Below the pieces are notes generated by a model. It did not search any database and had not been told where the DNA came from. It saw nothing but the letters and a program-made list of their open reading frames with translations. 64,000 bases of DNA, taken from the NCBI GenBank assembly GCA_964016885.1, contig OZ024743.1, forward strand, positions 23,994,001-24,058,000. Direction: 5' to 3'. The stretch comes from Eledone cirrhosa. Its lineage: Eukaryota. A program made the position numbers and the translations under genes. The first letter of the stretch is position 1. Each line of letters starts with the position of its first letter. Shown piece after piece: positions 13,201 to 23,489 of this stretch.

Positions 13201-16200
13201 TAATATTGCACCCAGTCTACTTTGTAAAGTAGTGCTTGTGTCATGATAAAACACATCCAGTACACAATATAAAGTAGTTGGCATTAGGAAGGGCATCCAG
13301 TTGTAGAAACCATGCCAAACTAAAACATATGAGCAAGACATGGTCATCTAACCTGTCCAGTCGCAGAACGTGACAACCCATCAAACCTATGCCAGTATGG
13401 AATATAGATATAAACCAATGATGATGATGATGATGGTGGCTATAGCCAACAGAATCAACCTCAGTAAATTTCTGGTTTTTACTTGTTCTAATGACCTCCA
13501 GAGACATAAAAGGCAAAGTCAACCCTAGTGTAATTTGTGTAGATTAGGTTAAACAATTTACATTTATGTACTCTTTCTATTTATAACTGCTTAAATATGA
13601 AGTAGCAGTGATATGACAATTATCGGATACTATTTTTTGAAAGTCATCATGATCATGGGTTAGACGAGTTGTCTTGTTGTGAGCCACGTCAGAACAGATT
13701 ACCATGTCTTGCTCATACAGAACTGTTTCTGGTTCTGTTTCTACAGCTGGAAGCCCTTCTTAATGCTAACAACATTTACAGTGTGGACTATGTGCTTTTT
13801 AGTGTGACACAAAATGACCACCTTACAGGTTGGACTGGGTACTTTTACATTGTCTCACCAGCATGACCAACTTACAGGGTGGACCAGGTGCTTTTTGTTG
13901 TGTCACCAAAACAACCACCTTACAGGTGATACTGTCCACTTTTTCTATCTCTAGGGGCTTATATTCCCAGCTTATTTCTCTATTCCTATAGTCTAAAACC
14001 CTACATTAAAGTAGCTTACTTTAAGCTAGCATGCTTTTAAAAAATTCAAAATTTGCTTAATGCTTTATGAATATGATTGATTCTTTGTTTAGTGGACCTT
14101 ATATTTTGCTGTAAGGGCACATGGCATAGTTTATATAGTGAGGATTAGTTGCATGGTCTACTTGTGCATATTTACTAGTTGCATATCTTAGAACAATAGT
14201 GATTTAACAGTTTCTTTTGTTTTCCTTTTATTTTTGTTTGTATTTATTTGGTGTGACTGTGTACATTGTATTGTTATGTCTCCTAAAATTATGATTTTCC
14301 ATTTTCTTCAGATCCATCTGGTATTATTTTGGAGTACATCAATGGTTGTGACCTATCAAAATGGCTTCAAGGAAATAGGGACATTATGGCTAGTATAAAG
14401 AGAATATTGATTGAAATTGCTGAGGTTTGTATAACCTGAGAAATGTCTTGCAGCTTTAATATATTGTCCATAGAGTTTTCTAAATTGTTACAGGATTCTG
14501 CTACGAGTCACATACAAGTTAGTCTCCCCATTGTTTGGTTTCTCATTAAGAACAGAAAGTCAGTTGTATGATGGCTGTACATGATGTGCAATGTGCATAT
14601 TTTCAAAAAATGACCCCTTTCCAAATTCCTGATTGGAAGCTATCATTAATACTATACTCTATTTTTTTTATTACCCACCACAAAAAGACCTGTGACAAAT
14701 AAACAAACTAAAACACACACACACACACCACAAAAAGAAACAAATATATATATATATATATATATGCTGCAGCTGAAGCATAGAGACAGTATGCCCCCAC
14801 CCCCACTCCCACTGCAAAGTGGTTGTGGAGGTGCACAACGAAAAAGCACCCAGACTACACTGTAAAGTGGTCGTGTCGGTGTCACGTCAAAAAGCACCCA
14901 GTCTACACTGTAAAGTGGTCGTGTAGGCGCCACGGTAAAAAAACACCCAGTACTCACTGTAAATGAGGTTGGTGTTAGGAAGGGCATCCAGCTTGCCCAC
15001 AACAAGACAACCCATCTAACCCATGCTAGAGTGGAAGAATGAACGGAAAACGGTGATGATGATAATATATATATACAATATATATATATTTTTTTTGATA
15101 ATATATATATACAATATATACATTTTTTTTTCTTTCCCCCAAAAATATTTCTCTAAGTTTTGATCCCATCACACTTACAATAAGACACATACATACATAT
15201 ATTTATGTACACACTCACACATACACACTCATACCCTCTAAAACCATATTCCTAAAATAGAATTTCTTTTACAATCCTATACTTTTGACAATCCCCTATA
15301 CCTCTGTCCCCTATAGCAATTGTTTCTAGCTTACATTCCCCACTCCGCCACCCCCATCTGAACTCTTGACCAGTCTTTTAACACAATTGAGATTCACACA
15401 CATATATACAGAAAATTCCTCTCCTTAAAAATAATTTCGTTTTGTGAAAAGACACAACTACCACCACTACTACTACTACTATGACTACCCTTCTCTCTCT
15501 CTCTCTCTCTCTCCTATATATAAGGTTCCATTTTAGACCCAGTCTTCTTCTCAACAAGAAAGATGAACAGACCTTCTTCAACACTTAATTTTAAATTTAA
15601 ATTTTTTAATTCTTTTTAATTGTAATATTGAACATTTGATAAGATGGATTACACTGATACATCGAAACCGATTATATTTTATATACTTTATATACATTAT
15701 AAAATTCTAATTTTTTCAATAATGTCACATTGATGGATCAAAGAAGAAAAAAATAAAAAACAGATCCTTTAAATATATTTTCCGTGCTGTTTCCATTTCC
15801 ACTTTTTCTTTATAACCTCTGTTTTGTATATAACCTTACTGCCTTGTTAAATATATATATATATATATAAATCAGAATGGATGCAGTAAAAACTAATTAG
15901 ACTGTTTGGATCTAGCTGTTAAAACAGCTGGAGCTCAGCCATCAGGGTCCCGAATCCTTTATATATATATATAATGTAGGAGTCACAACAAAAAGCACCC
16001 AGCACACACTGTAAATGTGGTGGCATTAGGAAGGGCATCCAGCCATAGAAACCAAGTCAGAAACAGTTCTGTGTGAGCAAGACACGGTCACCTGACCCAA
16101 CTTGCTTCAAATGAGACAACCCGTCTAACCCATGCTAGCATGGAAAAATATATGGTGATGATGATGATGGTGATATATATGTGTGTGTGTATATATATAT

Positions 16201-19200
16201 ATATAGATATATACGAGGGTAATCCCAAAAGTAAGGTCTCCAAAGCGATGGGGACGCAGAGAAACTGTTTGTACGGCTGTTGGCAACGCTGTTGTGATTT
16301 GTGCTTCCTTCACTCCCAAACAAGCATGCGCGCGCTTCGCTGGGATGCTCAATCTTGGCTTGGCAGCCGTTGAGAATGGAGCTCCCGTTGAACGCTACAG
16401 CCAAATGCGAATTTCGTGCAGTTATTATATAGAGGGCAATCCCAAAAGTAAGGTCTCCTTCCAAGGAAAACATGCGTAAAGATCGGCAGATCACTCTGGA
16501 TGCTCTCTGCATTTTGGTTCCTGAGGTTTCCCGAAGCACCATCCACAGGATTTTAACAGAAAAGTTGCAATATCAGAAGGAGACCTTACTTTTGGGATTG
16601 CCCTTGTATATATAGTTGAAATGCTTAGAATGAAAACTATTCTATCATTTTATTCCATAACAGAAAAACGATCATTAGAAAAGCATATGCTCATTTTCAA
16701 CTATATACTACTGTGCTAAGGATTTTATTTTTTACTATAAATGGTTTGGGTAGGCCTTCTCCAGCACAGCTTATCTCTACTCATTGTGCTTCATAATTTC
16801 CTCTGTAAGATTCAGTATTTTGAGATCAGCTCTAACCATTTCTATCCAGGTCTTCCTTGGTCTTCTACTGAAACTTTTTTTCTATTTAGTACTTCTTCAC
16901 TCTATGATCATCCTCTATATACGTCAAATATTCATACCAGTGCAGTTCTCTCTCTTCAACACTGCAACTGATTTTTCTTATAGTCAATTTTTCTCTCAAC
17001 TCACCCATGCTTCATCATTCATGTACATTATATTACACATCTAATGGAGTATGCTTAGTTCATTTCTCTTCAGGCTCCACTTATCTTCTGCATTCCCAAC
17101 CCAGATCTCACTGCCATGTAACATCGCACTTCTCATGCAGGTGTCATACAGTCTACCATTTGCTTGGAGAGAAAACCCCTTTGTTTTGAAATGTTTCTTT
17201 AACTCTTTAGCATTTACATTACTTTATATTTACTATTATATTTTATGGTAAAGTCTTTACCTCACATTATTATCTCACAGAATATCGAGTCTATGAGATT
17301 TTGATATTATTTATTTTGAGATCAATACCTTAACATCTGTATGAACGGCTGGCTACAGCCAGTCTGAACAGAAAGAGGTGAGAGAATTCTGGCCAGATAC
17401 GGCTGGTTTAAACGCTAAAGGGTTAAACAGAGGTAGTAGCTGGAAAATGTCCATCCTATTCTTATTCTATAGTTACTATATTTTCAGAGCAACCTCCTCC
17501 ACTGTTAATTATATCACCTAGATGGCAAAAGCTATCAACTACTTCTATGGAGCCTTCCCAGAATTGGAAAAAGATTATTGCTGATACTTTACTATTAACT
17601 ATCTCTGAATATCTGCCACATACAAAAACTGCCTTTTCTGTTAATTTGTCTGCTTTTCCACTACACCATTGTGTACATCCTATAGAGTTTCTACTGGAGT
17701 GTGGTTACTTCCCTGATGGGATCATTTTCTTCTTACTACTTACCAAAACTTGGTTTTTGCCAAATTTACTCTGAGTCCTTTTGATTCTACAGTCAAATAT
17801 TTGGGTCAATATTTTTGCCTCACCACTACTCACAAATTGCTGATATTATGCCTGAATCAAATATCACTATTATCTTTATTCTTCCAGGGAATGAGTTATT
17901 TGCAATCAGAAAACATTATTCATCTAGATTTAGCAGCTCGGAATATTTTGCTTACTGAAGACAAACATGTGAAGATCACTGACTTTGGTTTGGCCAAACG
18001 GATTAACACAGAAATTTATAAAGTGAAATCAGAACACAAATTCCCACTATACTGGTACGTAGTATATCTTAACTTATTATTTTTTTTGTTTTGTTTTGTG
18101 TTGCTTTGTTTTTCAAAAAAATTATTAACCATCTTGTCAACAACAACCCTGAGCACTTTTTTGAATTCCATGTGTCTAATACCCGTAGGCATGCCTACAA
18201 AGTCAGAAAACAGCACAGTTCCCATGACTTTCGGAAATATTTTTTCACGCTCAGAGTTGCTGAAGCATGGAACAAACTACCTGCATCAGTTGTTAGCTGT
18301 CAAGACACTGCATCCTTTAAAACCTTCATGCTTCTCGAAATTCGCCAATACAACAACTGATATTCTGCCTCTGTACATATGCAAGCATGTATCTGTCTGT
18401 ATATCATGACTCATATACTGTTCACTTTCCTGACATTTGTACATTATTCTATGTACTATACATGCACCTTTGATGAGTTGTAGTGCACTGTACACAATAA
18501 TTTTCATTATTATTATATCATTGGATGGTGGATTGGCAGTATCGATAGAGGGTCAGACGCCATGCTTTGCAGCAAAGAGTTATGGCCCTTTATGGTCTGA
18601 GTTCAAATCCCGCCGAGGTTAGTTTTGCCTTTCATCCTTACGAGGTCGATAAAATAAAGTACCACTGGGATAATTGCTGGCCTTGTGCCAAAAGTAGAAA
18701 CAATTATTATTACTGTTGAGCTCTGCCATACTTACTTTGATATTTACACTGAACCAGTACCTTTTCTTCTATATACATTACTGGAATTAATCAACAAGTG
18801 AGTGTCCAGGTGGTCACTCTAACTGCAAGAAATAACTGCCAAATTATCTCTCAAATCAACCTAAATAAGGAAGCCTGTAAGAAATAGTTGCCAAATTCTC
18901 CCTTGGAAGGCTTTATGCAGTCACTTGACCTGTAAGAAATAACAAATAACTTAACTTAAGAACGAAGCCTCTATGACCTGCAAGAAATAGTAGTCAAAAC
19001 TCCCTCAAACCATGAGACAACTACCAGAAGAGGTTCATTTGTTGGCTACATCTAGCTTGTTGAGCAACTCCATAGAAGCTCCTTTGTTAGCTTGTGTTAT
19101 GTATGTTAAATAAGTATTACGTTCATTCTCCATTACAACAACTTTTCAGTTATAAACTCCATTAATCCTTTTACAGAACCATAGCTCAATGAAATTATAG

Positions 19201-21931
19201 GCTTCCTGAAGCAATATGAGCTTCAATCTGCTAGAAATAGCAGCCAAATTTCCTTCAGAACAAAATTGTTTAAGAAGAAGGTATGACACATTGAATGGTG
19301 TATTACTGGATACACTATATCTAAATAAAAAGACAACTTGGTCATGTCTGGAACATTTTTGATCGTAGATATGCTCGATTCTGACTAACTTGTGGCTAAC
19401 TAACAACTACTACAACTGTATGTACTTAGCTTAACTCTTTAGCATTTACATTACTCTATATTTACTATTGTATTTTTGTGGTAAAGCCTTTATCTCACAT
19501 AATATTGAATCTATGAGATTTTAATATTATTTACTTTGAGAACAATATCTTAATATCAGTATGAGTGGCCAGTTAGTCAGTTTGAACAGAAAGAGATGAG
19601 AGAATTCTGGCCGGATATGGCTGGTTTAAGTGCTAAAGAGTTAAAGGTGGTATTGATAGTTTGTTTTGTTACCACTTGTGTTGTGTCATCATTAAAGACA
19701 CCACATGTTTCTGTAAACCCCAGGTCTCTTAGCTATAAATAGGTATTGTTACTCTACAGCACAGGTTCTCAACCCATTTAGGCCAAACGCCCCCTTTTGT
19801 CCCTTGAAATCACGAAACGCCCCCCCCCCCCCATTTTTCATTTTTCAATATACTACTGATTTTTATATCAGTAAATTACTAAAAAATTGCTTAACAATAT
19901 TCCAAAGATGTGTGTATTACCTGATTATGTGTTCTATGTGGTCCTAGATGTGTGTATTATCTGATTATGTGTTGTATGTGGTCCTAGATGTGTGTGCTAC
20001 TCACTTCTGTTTTTTCTTTTCTTTTTTTTATTTGTAATATTATTTATACAATAGGGAATAAAATAGATCTACATAGTGTTAACTCGTTGCGATTGAGTCA
20101 ATAATTTCAGACATGAAATACATGGTTATCGGTGAAGGAAAGATAAGATTCTAACTGGCTGCGCTCAATGTGTCTTTGACCCAGTTGACTCTGAGTTTTT
20201 CCATTTTTAGGATCTCAATTACCGGACATGCCTGCACACCTGCTCACAGCTGCGGTCAGACTATAGTTATGCTGTTTGCAAGCTCATTCAAATACATTCA
20301 CATTGGCTGTCTCAAAGACAAACAAATATGGCTTATAAAACTTACCAAAATAAAGAGCCGTGGCACCTCCATGACCACTTTGCAGTGGAATGATAGGGAC
20401 CCCAGTCCCTATCATCTCATTTCTACAGCTGAGTAAACTGGAGCAATGTGAAATAAAGTGTCTTGCTCAGGGAAACAACACATCACCGAGTCTGAGAATT
20501 GAACTCACAATCTTTCGATTGCATGGCCAATGCTCTAACCACTAAGCCATGTGCCTCCATATACCTATAAAAGGAATGCTTTTGTTCATAACTCTTCTTG
20601 CTCACTGTTATGGGTAAAAAAACATCATCATCATCTGTTTTAGTCAAAGTAAAAGAACAAAAAAAAAACACATCTTCCCCACAGAATAATTTTCTTCTTT
20701 CCTAGTTACTTCAGATCAGGGTCTTTATTCATGTATTTTAATATGACTGAGATTATTACTCCAATCAACACATTTTTTCATTTGACATTAGAGGCTCCCA
20801 GTCCACACTGTAAATGTGGCTGGTGTTAGGAAGGGCATCCAGTCATAGAAAACCTGCCAGAAACAGTTCTGAACGAGCGAGACATGGTCAGGAGACCATG
20901 TCTCGCTCGTTCAGAACTGTTTCTCGCCTCAAGTGGGATAAAACTATCCAACCCATGCTAGCGTGGAAGATGGACATTAAACGATGATGATGATGAGGTC
21001 TATCACAGTTAGTCAGGTTCCAAAGATCCTGTGTTTCCCCCTATGTGGAGGACAATGATAGGAGATGGAATTTAAACCTAGGATGCAAAGAACAGATATG
21101 ACAAGATATCTCCTACAACACTAACAATTCTACCAATCCATTGTCCTGGATTGCTTTTTTTATTTACCAACCCTGAAAGAATGAAAGACAAAGTTGATCT
21201 TAGTGGGATTTGAACTCAGAGAGCCAGTATAAATACTGACATACTAATGTCAGTATTTATACTGGTTCTCTGAGTCATTTATTATCCCCATAATAATTGT
21301 TTCTAACATAGGCACAGGGCCAGTAATTTTGGTGGGAGGGAAAAGTCAATCAAATCACTTTACTGATACTTTATTTTATTGCTCCTAGAAGAATGAAAAG
21401 CAAAGCTAATCATGGTGGGATTTGAACTCAGAACATAAAGGGCTGTAACTATATGATACAAAGCATTTTGTTTGGCAATCTTACGATTTTGTCAGTCCAC
21501 TGCCCTATTACCTCCATAATAGGTCATTCAAATGCACCCCATAATCACTGAAAAAAAAAAAAATAATAACCCAAACAAAAAAGACAGAGATTTCAGATTT
21601 TGTTTCCAGAAATATTCATTCTCTCTATATATTTGTTCAAAGGTCATCTCCTGAAGTCATCAACAATGAAATCACATTGAAAGCAGATGTTTGGAGTTAT
21701 GGTGTACTGATGTGGGAATGTTTCTCCAATGGGGCAACCCCTTGTCTATTGGAATTAAAATTAGACAAAGAACAATACAGACAGGCATGGCGAAATGGTC
21801 AACGTCTTAGCAAACCAAAAAAGTGTTCCACAGAACACTACAAACTTATGAAAGACTGCTGGAAATACAAGAATCAAGACAGACCAACCTTTGATAACAT
21901 TATTGAAATGTTAAATGCCTTACAATTTTGA
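2189..21931 (+). CDS. JAK: JAK-family tyrosine kinase, 3' part (pseudokinase JH2 C-terminal portion + kinase JH1); 9 exons, 5' exons upstream of window
   Basis: Exons 2189-2398, 3172-3311, 3827-3965, 8974-9160, 10773-10984, 12164-12338, 14312-14424, 17888-18054, 21643-21931 are all AG/GT bounded with compatible phases (1632 nt, 543 aa + TGA). The first domain has pseudokinase motifs ([24 protein letters not shown]). The second has [50 protein letters not shown] and CW..RPTF. Tandem pseudokinase + TK is the JAK architecture. FERM/SH2 are not visible in the window. Confidence 0.85.
2544..2764. mobile_element. piggyBac-type MITE family (~220 bp); copies at 2544-2764, 17203-17422, 19435-19640, 30385-30604, 35459-39350 (split), 49034-49213, 51274-51848 (split), 60817-61024, 62471-62680
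   Basis: TIR CCCTTTAGCATTTA...TAAATGCTAAAGGG flanked by TTAA or near-TTAA; shared internal sequence. Confidence 0.88.
3172..3311 (+). CDS. JAK: JAK-like exon (pseudokinase HGN loop)
   Basis: tttcag|[32 protein letters not shown]...VA(R)|gttgga. Confidence 0.9.
3827..3965 (+). CDS. JAK: JAK-like exon (pseudokinase)
   Basis: tttcag|KPWLAPE...[13 protein letters not shown]...KID|gtaagt. Confidence 0.9.
4730..5630 (-). mobile_element. degraded RTE-clade LINE of a different lineage (no PHD insert)
   Basis: [44 protein letters not shown] in broken frames. Confidence 0.8.
7249..7567 (+). mobile_element. tRNA-derived SINE with an RTE-derived 3' tail (other copies: 1-168 -, 8169-8513 -, 20358-20559 -, 55065-55378 +; head only at 56340-56482 - and 48810-48935 -)
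   Basis: A-box TGGCTTAGTGGTTAG and B-box GAGTTCAATTC in intact copies; core CCTTGAGCAAGACACTTTA; tail GTTAGGAAGGGCATCC...GGACGTAAAATGA shared with the RTE LINE. Confidence 0.85.
8169..8513 (-). mobile_element. tRNA-derived SINE with RTE tail (full-length, inverted relative to 7249-7567)
   Basis: Reverse complement of the 7249 family with an intact head and (ATGAA)n tail. Confidence 0.85.
8974..9160 (+). CDS. JAK: JAK-like exon (end of pseudokinase)
   Basis: ttttag|ESCKPCR...[19 protein letters not shown]...AEK|gtaagt; subdomain XI-like. Confidence 0.8.
10285..10702 (+). repeat. complex tetranucleotide satellite (CACT/CATC/CACC)n
   Basis: About 415 nt of interleaved ACTC, ATCC, ACCC and ATTC units. 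Confidence 0.9.
10773..10984 (+). CDS. JAK: JAK-like exon (JH2-JH1 linker, start of kinase)
   Basis: tttcag|KSEPQPQEW...MTFGIVLGK|gtaaga; phases fit both neighbours. Confidence 0.85.
12164..12338 (+). CDS. JAK: JAK-like exon (Gly loop, catalytic Lys, alphaC)
   Basis: tttag|GAFGKVWK...VAAFKEF...[21 protein letters not shown]|gttagt. Confidence 0.9.
14312..14424 (+). CDS. JAK: JAK-like exon (hinge)
   Basis: cttcag|[18 protein letters not shown]...IEIAE|gtttgt. Confidence 0.9.
14770..15063 (+). mobile_element. RTE 3'-UTR-only fragments (also ~9240-9597, 13130-13438, 13645-13925, 15975-16172, 20795-20997, 33590-33770, 50402-50655, 56845-57090, 62770-63125)
   Basis: Contain ~48-nt AAAAGCACCCAG..CACTGTAAA units, the TTAGGAAGGGCATCCAG core and (GAT)n tails. 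Confidence 0.75.
16212..16608 (+). mobile_element. mariner-derived non-autonomous element with three TIR copies and transposase fragments
   Basis: TIR TACGAGGGYAATCCCAAAAGTAAGGTCTCC at 16212 and ~16430, inverted at 16579-16608; TA context; [17 protein letters not shown] and [25 protein letters not shown]. Confidence 0.8.
16740..17800 (-). mobile_element. old RTE LINE relic interrupted by a piggyBac MITE
   Basis: Decayed [25 protein letters not shown] and PHD remnant; MITE at 17203-17422. Confidence 0.7.
17888..18054 (+). CDS. JAK: JAK-like exon (catalytic and activation loops)
   Basis: ttccag|[22 protein letters not shown]...[10 protein letters not shown]...FPLY(W)|gtacgt. Confidence 0.95.
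18115..18518 (+). mobile_element. CR1-like LINE 3' fragment (other copies ~51460-51830 on -, ~60325-60692 on +, ~63355-63435 on +)
   Basis: NTRRHAYK...[18 protein letters not shown]...SFK C-terminal CR1 motif, shared 3' UTR, (ATT)n tail. Confidence 0.8.
18520..18712 (+). mobile_element. second abundant tRNA-derived SINE family (also ~3590-3810, 11940-12110, 12650-12790, 21165-21510, 28335-28540, 46330-46840, 47720-47875, 48535-48645)
   Basis: B-box GAGTTCAAATCC, central GCCTTTCATCCTT..GGTCGATAAAATAAAGTACCA, 3' GGCCTTGTGCC..AGAAA-(ATT)n. Confidence 0.75.
19760..20285. mobile_element. truncated second copy of the hAT element (opposite orientation)
   Basis: Starts CACAGGTTCTCAAC; matches the reverse complement of 54010-54486; has an internal ~40-bp tandem duplication (19908-19995). 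Confidence 0.85.
21643..21931 (+). CDS. JAK: JAK-like terminal coding exon
   Basis: tcaaag|SSPEVI...[14 protein letters not shown]...[23 protein letters not shown]. Confidence 0.92.
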
Positions 21932-22111
21932 TATGTGTGGTGTATGTTCACATGTATGAATGTGTGTATGTATAGTGAGAAAGTCAACAAAAGGAAACAA
22001 GCATTCTATACATAAACATAAGTAAAGATTTGTACACACTAAAATTATTGTGTAACCTTAGGTTTCATGGTATGATAATCTATGAAATCTAAAGTTGAAC
22101 AAAAATTCTAA

Positions 22112-22117
22112 AATAAA
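22112..22117 (+). terminator. candidate polyadenylation signal of the JAK-like gene
   Basis: First AATAAA about 180 nt after the stop codon; AT-rich context makes it uncertain. Confidence 0.4.
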
Positions 22118-22209
22118 CATAATATATTAGAGATAAGATAATCAACTAGAATCTCCCCTTAAATACTTGGTCTTGTATCAAAGTGAGAAATGTTAAGAAT
22201 ATTAATTAC

Positions 22210-23450
22210 ATTTATTAATATTTGAGATTTTGGTGGCAATGGGAACATTGTTGTTGCTATCGTTATTACTATTATTTTTGTACATCCCATCCTTCATATA
22301 CTACCAACTCACCATCATGCCTTGTACTGGTCAACATCTGACTACATCGGACCAGTTGTTCTTTCACTTTTTGTGGAAGAGACATGTGAAAATGGTCAAG
22401 TGGTCCATTTGCTGCCAACATCAACTGCATGTCATGGCTGATGATGCACAAACATGCACTGAGGCTATGTCATCTCCAGCTTTACCTCGATGGTGAACAA
22501 GTGTGGTTGCCTTTTGCTGGGCACTTGTTTCCACAGCTCATCTTGACAGAGCTGCAGTCATGGGTCAAGCGAAGACCAAGAGAAAGCACTTGGAAACTGG
22601 AATGTCTTCAAGTGCACACAGCCTTCAACCAATCAGGCAGTATGATTAGTGGAAACTCCACCTTGGCATTCTATAGAGGATTAGTGGCAGGTAAAAATGA
22701 CACCAATCTTAGGGAGACTTTGGGCGTTGATGAAAATGAAATAGTCACCACTCTTTTTTGGAGGACTTTCGATCCAGGGCCCATGGATAACGTCCAGATA
22801 CCTCTGGCCTGGCAGTGCTACTGAGGAGCTTTAACAGTTCGAGATAAACTCTACAGGCATGGAAATGCCATCAGCCAGGCCTGTCCAAGATGTACAGAGG
22901 GCACATCCTAGATGCACTCATCCAGTGTCCAAATATTGCTGACTTGAGAGTTTATGTCGAATACCTGATGTCAAATGTGGGAGGGATCCGGCTTTTAACA
23001 GAGTCCATTCTGAAGATCGCCCTACTGCCTTTCTTTATGCTGTTTTTATCTGTTTGGTGGCCATGGTGAACTCATCAGCAAAATCCTGATTAACTTTTTC
23101 AGGTTTCACTTGAATAGGAAAATCAGGGTGTAGAAAGATGTGCTGCTTTCTAACCAGTTTGTTGAAAGGTGTGTGAGAGAAGTGAGCATGGCATGAGTGA
23201 ATTGCCCTAGCGATCAGGGTGACCGTGGCTTTTTTTGTGGGCTTTCTCCACGAGTGACCCTCGGAAGTCTCATCCCTATAGGGGAATTTTCTTTTGTTTT
23301 AATCTTTTTTAGTTGTTTTATTTTCTGTTATCATCCTCTTTATGTGAAAAACTCACATTGTACTGTCTCGTACCATCTTCAGCTGTCTTCAATGTTTTCT
23401 TTTTGTAAACCCTTCATGGTTAATAAAGAAATCATCATTATTATTATTAC
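22210..23450 (+). mobile_element. degraded L1/Tx1-like LINE 3' portion
   Basis: Broken frames with AWQCY*GALTVRDKLYRHG...CPRC...H..QCP (CCHC zinc knuckle region); AATAAA plus (ATT)n tail near 23422-23450. Confidence 0.55.
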
Positions 23451-23489
23451 TTTTTTCATTTTTCATTTGATTTTCATTTTATTCTGGCC

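Noticed and set aside
15630-15675. Additional hammerhead-like motifs (also ~6355-6395 and ~53575-53625)
   Set aside because: The CUGANGA core or stems are mutated; at best decayed Penelope remnants, not supportable as ribozymes.
17750-18409. 219-aa ORF as a stand-alone kinase gene
   Set aside because: Only 17888-18054 is kinase-like and splice-bounded; the rest is intron and an off-frame CR1 fragment.
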